Below, piece after piece: positions 50,690 through 60,099 of a stretch of 64,000 bases of DNA. The notes under the pieces were generated by a model that did not search any database, was not told the DNA's origin, and was given only the letters and a program-made list of their open reading frames with translations. The DNA lies in contig NC_059438.1 in NCBI RefSeq assembly GCF_021028975.2, positions 25,110,001 through 25,174,000 on the forward strand, written 5' to 3'. A program made the translations under genes and the position numbers. This DNA is from Sphaerodactylus townsendi. Lineage: Eukaryota. Position 1 is the stretch's first letter, and the number at the start of each line of letters is the position of its first letter.

Positions 50690-53584
50690 CAGTCCAAAGC
50701 AGGAGGGCGTCTATGTGCCTCCCACACAGAGGGGTCCTCTGGCTCAGGGGTCCCTTGCCAGCATCCGGAGAGCAACTGCTGAGCGTAGGTGGGGCTGAGC
50801 TGTCGGGAATAAGGGCCCAGGACTCCGTGGCAGAGCCCAGCCCCTCTTCCGCATTCAGGACATTCCGGCTGCAAGCAGAGACCGGGGCAGGAGGGGAGCC
50901 CCCCCCCCCTTGTCATGCTTTGTGCCTCAGTCGAGGCTCTGGGAAGAAACTTTGCCTTTAGACCCAGAGCCTGGCCTGTCTCAAGAGTTTGTGCAGTTAC
51001 AATAATTATGGCTGATGAGGCAGAGGGTGTCGTTTATGTTGGCCAGGGTGCCGACCTTTTCTGAGCCATGCAGCTTGTTTGGTGGCCTCGGGCTGTACTC
51101 CTTCCCTTAGAGTGGCCTACACCACAGGGTAGTTGGGAGAATAAAATGGTGAAGGAAGAGCCGTGCGTCCTGCCTTTGGAATGAAATGCGTGGAATGAAA
51201 CGACACCGGGCGGAGTTGGGGGTTGCTTTTGCAAGTCCTGAAATTCCCTGTGACGCAAGCTCTGTTGTGTACTTGGGCCTCGCAAATTGTGGAGGAGGTC
51301 AGCTAAATTCTGCAAAGGTGGCCATTGCTTCTCAGTATGTGACTTTGTTCCTGGTTTTCCTCTGCCAAACATCCCAAATAGCATGCAGGGGATGGCCTGC
51401 TAGTGCGGTTCATGTGAGCCGCAGCTCTTCGCTGACACGGGCAGCTGTGAGAGGAGCCATCCCTGCTTGGGAAGAGCTGCTGTGTTGGAACTCTGGCTCG
51501 GCTTACGAAGCAGCTTGGATCTTTACAGTAGAGCCTTGAAGCCCAGCAGCCGTGGGGTTCTCTTCCGGGGGGGTGGGGGGGTCTTCCATATGCTACAGTA
51601 GTTGCAAAGCCCATGGAGCAAATGTCAGCCTTCACAAGGAAGGAGGGTCAAACATGAGCATGACAGTAAAGGGCTTTTGTTTTAAATTGGAAGCATATTT
51701 GTGGGGTGGGGGGCTGTCTTTTATGTAGCGCAAAATTCCTTGAAAAGCTGTTCTTTAAGACTGAAACCTTGTACCCTACCAGGTTATGAGAGCTGTTACG
51801 TTTCTGGGTTTGAGGGAAGGAAACTGTGGCAGTTTTCAAGGTGATATCTAGTGCCTTAACTTTATCAGCTAAGTTATACTATTCCTCGAGTTTAATTTTA
51901 AACTTTTAAAATCGATAAGTTTTAGTGCAGAAATGTGTCTCTTTCAAGTTTGTGCAGAATGTCACTTTTGCCTTCTCGTGTGTTGGGCTGGCATGAGAAT
52001 CACAAACCGAGTACCCCAATTAATGTCACGTTTGATGGCGGGCGGGGGGGGGGGGAAGCTGGGTGGAATAGGACTGCCTTTTCCTTGCTTGTGAGACCCG
52101 TGTCATGACAAACTGACTCACTGTCTTTGAAGCTATTAGAAAGGCTAAATGGCAGCCGAAGGACAGTAGGGTTAAATGCCCAGCCTGGCAAGTCTTGGGG
52201 GAGAGCCCACGGCCCTGAACACCACTGCCCAAGAAGATAGTCCAGGGAGAATTAGAAAACGGAAAGATGGTCTTGGGGGAGGGAGGGGTCCAGTGTCAGG
52301 AAGAGGGGAAGAAACCAGCCTGAGGTAACGAGGAGGCAGCCCAAGGTGGTGCCAGGAACAGCCGCGGAGAGTGTGCTGTGACTGAAAACGGATCCAGAGC
52401 AGCTTCTGAGCTGTCCTGCGTTTCCGCTTCTCCGCTTCTTCAGCTTCAGTTTGAAAACCTTTTCAGAGCCGTGCCTGATGATGCGACAGCGCCCTGTCTT
52501 GGCAGATTAGCCACACCCTTGTGCCCAGCATGCTTGGCTCCTGCGGGCTGCTCCTTCAGTTGCTGGAGCTGGAACGGGGAGCCAACTGCAGCGTGAAGGC
52601 TGACAGGGCCTCTGCCCACCTCTCCTGGCACCGAGGCCGAAGCCGGCTGCCTGCTCTTCACATTTTGATCGTATTTACAGCTCCGCTCTCAAAGGTCTCA
52701 TTGATGAGGCTAGAAATGTTTTTGCAACAAGCTGACCTAGAGGCAAATCCAGCTGTTTGTTCCACGGCTCCTGTTTTTGTTTGCCTCTCTTCAGCACCAA
52801 GACTGGGTCATGCTCTAATGTGAGCCCTGCTCATTCTCAAAAGCTCCTGCCCCAAGAATTGTATTGGTCTCTAAAGCGCCCTGGGATAATGGATGGCTGC
52901 CGAGACCTCCACAGCAGAAGTTGCTTTTCTGCGTCCCTCTTTCCAGACCCCGTGGCTGCAAATTATCTACCCAGATTTATAAAAAGGGTTCAAGGATCTA
53001 CATTTCTACTCATGTCTGATTAAAGCTTTGAAAAACTGATGCCCGGAAACTCTTGCTGGTCTCTAAAGGTGCTGCTGGACTTGAATCTTACTGTTCTACT
53101 GAATCTTACTGTGGACCAGCACGGCCGCTTTCTGCAACTGTAGTCACGTTGATGGTGCAGTTGGCATCTGTGCCGTAGGGAACGGCTAAGTGGCCATTAC
53201 TAGGAGCAGAAGTTTCATTGCTAAATAACTTATTTTATTGTACTGAATTTCTATGCTCACCAAAGTCGGGCTCAGGGTGGCGTACAAACATTTTAAAAAA
53301 CAATATTTCTAAACATAAAATCCTTATACCTACCTCTCGTTAAAAGTCAGAATGGCAAACAAATTCCCATCTATGAGGACCCCCCAGAATAACAAATCCA
53401 CAGGCCGAGTCCAAGACCAGGCGATTGGAGTATTCTTTTTGTGCATAAATGTCATTAGGAGATTTCTCTCCACATCTGTGGGTACGTGTGTTTTTCTTGG
53501 TATGTTTCCTTCACTCATAAAATTAACATCATTGATTTGTTTAGTCTCAGTGTCGAAAGGGACCACCCGGAGCGTCTTCTAGTC

Positions 53585-53730
53585 CAGTGGTGGCGAACCT
53601 TTGGCACTCCAGATGTTATGGACTACAATTCCCATCAGCCCCTGCCAGCATGGCCAATTGGCCATGCTGGCAGGGGCTGATGGGAATTGTAGTCCATAAC
53701 ATCTGGAGTGCCAAAGGTTCGCCACCACGG
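53585..53730. mobile_element. Palindromic hAT MITE, family A (near-perfect 146-bp hairpin), inserted in a minus-strand CR1 remnant
   Basis: Arms complementary around ggccaattggcc. Perfect TSD ttctagtc. Confidence 0.95.
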
Positions 53731-53953
53731 TTCTAGTCCAACCCCCTGCCAATGCAGGAATTAATGCTATAATATCCCAGACAAGTAGGTACCCAGTTGA
53801 TAATTAAAACTTTCCATCGGCTGAGAATCCACCACCTTACAAGGAGGCTGCTCCAGTATAGAGCACTCCTCACCATCATTAAGTTCTTCAAATATAAATG
53901 AAGCCTTCTGTGCCATTGTTTATATCCATTCATCTGACTTTAATGTATTGTCA

Positions 53954-54060
53954 AAGGCTTTCATGGCCGGATTCAACTAGTTGTTGTGGGTTTTCCAGGC
54001 TGTGTGGCCATGGTCTGGTACCAGACCACAGCCACACTGCCTGGAAAACCCACAACCACC
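53954..54060. mobile_element. Internally deleted fold-back element (same family as 45389)
   Basis: aaggctttcatggccgga start. Palindromic about ggtacc. Confidence 0.55.
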
Positions 54061-54467
54061 ATCTGACTTTAGTCCATTATGGTGCCTGAGAATCTTTTTG
54101 ATGGAAAGATTACATTAAGTTTTAATCGCAATTCCCTTCACACCGTGATTGTTGTGTTCAGGGAGTCCTGTGAAGTTGCTGTGGCATAAAGGAGACCCAT
54201 TCGGTTGCTTAGCAAGTTCAGTCCAACGTTACAGAAGTTCTCCTATGCCCACCATCATTTGGGGCTCCAATCCGTAACTGTTTCCTCCACCCAACTGGTT
54301 CTGGCTTTTCTACGTCCCCACTTTGCATTCTAGTTCACCATCGCGCTGAGACCGATCACTGAAACACCCTGAAGGAGACCACCAGTGGGTAAAAATTTGG
54401 CCTCCGGATCTGAGAATTGGCCCCAGGTGCTTTTAAGGTGCCCTGTCCTAGACAGCTTGGCCTAGCC

Positions 54468-54615
54468 CAGTGGTGGTGAACCTATGGCACTCCAGATGTT
54501 CATGGACTACAATTCCCATCAGCCCCTACCAGCATGGCCAATTGGCCATGCTGGCAGGGGCTGATGGGAATTGTAGTTCATGAACATCTGGAGTGCCATA
54601 AGTGCACCACCATGG
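54468..54615. mobile_element. Palindromic hAT MITE, family A
   Basis: Hairpin. Perfect TSD gcctagcc. Confidence 0.92.
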
Positions 54616-54752
54616 GCCTAGCCTGATTGTGGAAGCTAAGCAAGGTCAGTCCTGGTTAATATTCAGATGGGAGACCACAAAGGAACTGCAAGATTACTTC
54701 ACCGAGGCAGGCAATGGCGAGCACCTCTGAACACTTCTTGCCTTGAAAACCA
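54616..54752 (+). mobile_element. 5S rRNA-derived SINE (5S-Sauria-like)
   Basis: ggaagctaagcaaggtcagtcctggttaatattcagatgggagacc is 5S-like, followed by a gaggcaggcaatggc...ccttgaaaacc body. Confidence 0.65.
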
Positions 54753-55069
54753 GTGGATCAGACAACATTTCTCTTACGGGGTGTGTGTGTGTGTTGTGTG
54801 AAAGGGCCCAGTATAAGTCCTCCAAGGTCTGGCCTGAGCCTGGCCCCAGTCAGACGAAAGCCCACCTTTCTGGCAAGAGGGTTTCAACTCTCATGGGACC
54901 ATCTAGTACCCCTGCAGTCCCCACACCAGCAGCCCCTAGAGAAGGCTCAATAGCAGCCACAAGTTGCTGGCAGGCCCCCTTCCTTTCTCAACCGGGGTGT
55001 GTCGAGGGCACCGCTTAATGCAGGGGAAAACTCATCCCGTCTTCCAGGCTTGTTTCATAACCTCTCTGT

Positions 55070-55260
55070 GCCATTCAAAGCATGTGCCGCCTTTGTTGCT
55101 GTCATGTGGATCCCCACCCCTACCCCTTGGCCAGAGGAGGAACTGGGAAAGTTCCCTTGAAAGTAGGGCAGAGAAAGGACTCTTTCTTTGCTGTGAGCTC
55201 CTACTAATCAATTACTTAATGCCAGAGATAAATAAAGTAACTGCCTCGTCAGATGTGAAG
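55070..55260 (+). promoter_or_regulatory. Candidate MC1R promoter/enhancer with MITF-type E-boxes
   Basis: CATGTG at 55081 and M-box-like gTCATGTG at 55101-55108, SOX-like ctttgtt between them, TAAT cluster ~55205-55220. MITF control of MC1R is established in mammals. Confidence 0.5.
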
Positions 55261-55728
55261 CCAGGGAGAGGGCTTGGAAGTTGAAGCAACTCTTCACCAG
55301 ACAGAGAGAGAGACAGAGAGACCAGCGGGCTCCTCCCCTTCTGGGTGCCAAAGGGTGTGTGTTTGTGTGTGTGTTAAAGGGTGAATGTCAGGAACCAGTA
55401 ACAAGGAAACAGAGACCCGGGAGACGGTCCATCGCTACAATCTCCGGTGTGTTGTACCACGAAAGCCGATTCAGAAGGGAAACATACAAGTGCCGGAGTC
55501 TGCAGTCTCCGCTTTTGGGCTGGAGAACTTCTGGTCTGGCCTGTTAATTTTGAAACTTCCAGTCCCTGAGAAGAAGATCTGGTGCCACAGATACCCACCG
55601 CCTGAGGTGAGTTCCTAGGACATTCTCTCTGGGGTTCCTTTCTCCAGAAGCCAAGTAGCTTTTTGGAGTAAAACACCTCATTGGGCACTGATTGCTTTTT
55701 CTCTGGTTTTCCCCACAAAGTTGTGAAG

Positions 55729-56664
55729 ATGCCCTTGACGCTGCTGCAGGACTTTGCCAACGTGACCTCCGCCATTCCTGAAGCCAACGGGACCAACGAG
55801 ACATCCGGCAGCCCCGAACACCCCGTCATCATCCCCAGCGAACTCTTCCTGATTCTGGGCTTCTTGAGCTTGCTGGAGAACGTGCTGGTGGTGGCGTCCA
55901 TTATCAAGAACCGGAACCTGCACTCGCCCATGTACTACTTCATCTGCTGCCTGGCTGTGTCGGACATGCTGGTGAGCGTCAGCAACCTTGTGGAGACCCT
56001 TTTTATGCGCCTGATAGAGCACGGGGTGTTGGTCTTGGCGCAAAACACGATGCGCCACATGGACAACGTCATGGACATGCTGATTTGCAGCTCCTTCATG
56101 GCCTCGCTGTCCTTCCTGGGGGTCATCGCCATTGACCGCTACATCACCATCTTCTATGCCTTGCGGTACCACAGCATCATGACCATCCAGCGGGCCGTCA
56201 TCATCATCATTGCCACTTGGGTGGTCAGCATGAGCGCCAGCACCATCTTCATCGCCTACGACGACCACAAAGCCGTGATCCTCTGCCTCTTGAGCTACTT
56301 GCTCTTTATGCTGGCCCTGATCATGGGGCTCTACGGCCACATGTTCCTGCTAGCTCGCCAGCACGCCCGGGCCATCTCCCGAATGCACCGGAAACACACC
56401 GCCCCGCAGGTGACGAGCATGAAGGGGGCCATCACCCTCACCCTCCTGCTGGGGGTCTTCTTTGTCTGCTGGGGCCCTTTCTTCCTCCACCTGATTCTCA
56501 TTGTCACCTGCCCCAGCCACCCCTTCTGCAGGGGCTACTTCAAGTTCTTTGACCTCAACCTGATCCTTGTCATTTGCAATTCCGTGGTGGACCCCATCAT
56601 TTACGCCTTCCGCAGCCAGGAGCTCAGGAAGACCCTGAAGGAGGTGGCCTTGTGTCGCTGGTGA
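55729..56664 (+). CDS. MC1R: Melanocortin-1 receptor, 311 aa, single coding exon
   Basis: 7-TM GPCR with [65 protein letters not shown]. First ATG is 55729 (the track's 55681 start is TTG). Lies between TCF25 and beta-tubulin. Confidence 0.97.
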   Translation: MPLTLLQDFANVTSAIPEANGTNETSGSPEHPVIIPSELFLILGFLSLLENVLVVASIIKNRNLHSPMYYFICCLAVSDMLVSVSNLVETLFMRLIEHGVLVLAQNTMRHMDNVMDMLICSSFMASLSFLGVIAIDRYITIFYALRYHSIMTIQRAVIIIIATWVVSMSASTIFIAYDDHKAVILCLLSYLLFMLALIMGLYGHMFLLARQHARAISRMHRKHTAPQVTSMKGAITLTLLLGVFFVCWGPFFLHLILIVTCPSHPFCRGYFKFFDLNLILVICNSVVDPIIYAFRSQELRKTLKEVALCRW

Positions 56665-58933
56665 AGCAGGGCGGTGAGGGTGGGCATCGTCATGGGCGGG
56701 GCGGTGGTGGAGGGGCCTGACACCTCTACCGAGGGGCTGCCTGCCTCATGGCACCCTGAAGCACAGCGCTGCCTGGCGCTTGGCCCTCTATGCCGAGGAG
56801 GAGGAGGAGGAGGGACTCGCCTCTCTTACCGGAGATTGCAACCAGTGGTGGACGTGGCCTGGTTGGTGTCCTGATGGCCTGTAAAGTAGAGGCCAGAATC
56901 AGATGCTGCGCAGCTCTGTCTCTCTCTTATGCTCCTGCTGTAGGCAATTCTTTCCCATCCCCATAGACTTGTGTAGGGGAGAAGCTACTTTGGTGCAGTG
57001 GACTGCTTGTGATATAACAGAACTCTCAGAGAGACAGACAGACACAGAGAGATTTTAATGTTGAGGATTACCCCAAGGTTTACAGGATAATGATAATGGT
57101 CCCCCTTGCATGCCAAACAGACAGGCATTTACACCTCACCCCCTTTCTAAGAATATTATGGCTGAGGGTGGACTGGGCGTCTGGTCTTGACCCCCGCTCC
57201 AAAGTGGAGCTCCAGGCAGGAGCAGGGCGGTGTGGTTGCCTAGTGGATCTCTGGTGCATGGCAGTGCGTCGCAGTGGTCAGAGTGCCAGACCAGGACTGA
57301 GGAAAACATACTGGAATCTGCCATGGAGCTCACGGGTAACTTTGGGGCAGCCAATTGTTAGGCTCAGCCGATCTCACAGAGTTGTCAGGGGGGTAAAACG
57401 GGGAACAGAAGAGAGAACTCCGTATGCCACCAGGAAAAAACAAATTGGAGTGTCACAAATCAGTCGCACGCACACACCCCTTGGGGGCCCTACACACAAA
57501 TGCCATTCTCAGAGGTGGCTGTCCATCCCCCCTCCCCCTCCCCCCCCCGCACCTTACAGTTGGACAATAATGCTTTGTGTTTTGACTAAAGGCTGCAGCT
57601 ACCTGGAATCAAACAGACGATGGCTAGAAAAAAATGTAAGCTTATTTAAGAAAACTGTTGTGTGGTTTTGCCATATCCCACCTTACAGGGTTGTTGTGAG
57701 AATAAAATGGGGGAGACGAGGCCAGCTGTTCTGGATCCCCAGTGGGGAGAAAGTCCATCTTGTGAATGAAATAAACATCAAAGTCGGATCTAACTTAACT
57801 AAACTTAAGGCGACAGCAAAGACAGAAGAGCAGACGTCCACACGGTTTGGGGTGGTGGTTTTGTGGGCTTTTAAATGTTAATGAACCCCGCCCTGAGGGG
57901 GTGTCAGTTTGGGCAGAGGGGCCGTGGGGAGGGAAGGTCCGCTTAGCACAACGAAGCCCCCCCCCCCCCCACACCTGCAGAGGAAAGGGGAGGGTGGCAA
58001 CTCTGGAGGCATCATTGGTCTGGGGCAGGCAGCAGTGGGGGACACCGTGAAGAAGTCCCTCCTCCCTTCTCCAGCTGCCAGAGCCTCTCCCAGCCAAATG
58101 CCTCTCCCCTCAAGTGCCTCTTTGCAGGAGGCTTCCCGGAGAATCGGTCTCCTGACGGTCCTGCCTCTCGAAGGCAGGAAAGAGGCTGTGACTTTAAGGA
58201 GGCGTCCCTCAGCCGGCCGGCCGGCAGCCTCCAAGGACAGCGGCTGGGAGGCCAGTCTGACAGGTCGGGGAGGGAGGGCGCCCGGCCCCCGCTGACGCCC
58301 TTCTTGACACCCCCACCCCCCACCCCCAGAGAGGCCTTTTGCCGGCGGCCTGGCCCTGCTCCTCCCTGCCCCCTGGGCCTTGGCCTCCTCGCTGCTCCTC
58401 TACTAGCCCAGCCCTCCTCTTTCCCCACAAAGCGGAGAGGGGGCCTGAAATGCCAGCCAGGAGCAGGAGCAGCTCGACCTTTGGACGCCCCTGGCTGGCA
58501 TCAGAGCGGCGCGCGCGGGGCTTGAGGCCCACCAGAGCCGCGGCTGGGACTGAGGAGCAGCGTCTTGGCCGCAGCAGCCCCGCCCCCACCGGGACCTCCT
58601 TGCCCAGAGGGCTTTTTGTTCCTTGCAAGGATGCTGAGAATCTCTGCCAGAGACGAGTCCACTGGATGGATGGATCGATCGAGGCCCGGCAGCCGGGCGG
58701 GCAGGAAAACCCCCGCGGCGGCCGAATGAATCACCACAGTGACTCTGCTGCTTAATGGGAAGGGGCCTCCCAGCGGGCTGGCCGGAAGGAGAGGGGGCTC
58801 AGCCACAGGGCGGGGGGCGGGAGGGAGGGAGGGGGCGCCTCTCATGCCGAAGGAGAATGGCACCCAAGCCAGGACAGCCGCCATGGATCCCCCCAGCTGG
58901 CAGAGCTGCGTTTCGGGGGGGCAGCGTCTCTCT

Positions 58934-59875
58934 CACTGGCGTAATGCCCATTGGGCAAGGTGGGCAGCTGCCCAGGGCATTACCTTGTGGGGGGCATCAA
59001 AATGCTGGGTTCGTTTTTGGGTATTTTAGTGGTTTTACATTTTTGGCCTGCAGGGGGCGCAGTTTTTAGGCTAGCAGCACCAAAATTTCAGCGTATCATC
59101 AGGAGACTGTCCTTATGCAACCCCCCAAGTTTGGTGAGGTTTGGTTCAGGGAGTCCAAAGTTATGGACTCCCAAAGGGGGTGCCCCTATCCCCCATTGTT
59201 TCCAATGGGAGCTAATAGGAGATGGGGGCTACAGTTTTGAGGGTCCATAACTTTGGCTCCCCTGAACCAAACTGCACCAAACTTGGGGGGTATCATTAGG
59301 GCAGTCTCCTGATGAGATCCTGAAAGTTTTCAGACTGTGCCTTCAGAAATGTGTCCCCCACAGCCTGCAACCCCCATTGACAGCAATGCAGAAAACTCAA
59401 TGCAGAACAAAGATTCTTGGGCAAATTTCTAGGATGTTCCTGCAGGGGGTGCATTTTTGGATGTATCGGCACCAAGATTTCAGGGTATCATCTGGAGATG
59501 ATGGCACCCCCCAAGTTTGGTGCAGTTTGGTTCAGGGGAGCCAAAGTTATGGACCCTCAAAACTGTAGCCCCCATCTCCTAATAGCTCCCATTGGAAACA
59601 ATGGGGGATGGGGCACCCCCTTTGGGAGTCCATAACTTTGGACTCCTTGAACCAAACCTCACCAAACTTGGGGGGTTGCATAAGGACAGTCTCCTGATGA
59701 TACGCTGAAATTGTGGTGCTGATATGTCTGAAAATGCACCCTCTGCAGGCACCAATGTCCTGGTGCAAAAATTTTTTGGTCATGGTGGAGTGGCCGCCCA
59801 TGGGGGGAGGGGGGCATCCAACTCAGGTTTTGCCCAGGGCTACAGTGTGCCCAGGGCTGCCTCGTTACGCCCCTG
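58934..59875. mobile_element. 942-bp non-autonomous hAT-like element with long internal inverted repeats
   Basis: TIR cactggcgtaa/ttacgcccctg. Perfect 8-bp TSD gtctctct. Confidence 0.88.
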
Positions 59876-60099
59876 GTCTCTCTAAATCCCCAAGCTGTTA
59901 CACAAACCCAAACCTCGGGGCAGATAAAGCTGGCACAACTTGTGGCCCACTCTGGTTGGCTTCTTTGGTGCACCTGGGAAAATGTACCCCGCAGGGTTTT
60001 CCACCCGGCCCGGCTGAGCGTGTGCAGAGGCCTCTGAGCGTGTGCAGAGGGCCACCAAACAGCTTCAGCCCTGTCGCTCTCAGGCAAGGCCCTCAGTGG

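Noticed and set aside
52830-53130. Second Penelope-like terminal-repeat remnant (ggtctctaaaggtgctgctggac)
   Set aside because: Too decayed to delimit or classify without a search.
55678-56340. 220-aa antisense ORF over MC1R
   Set aside because: Shadow frame of a GC3-rich coding exon.
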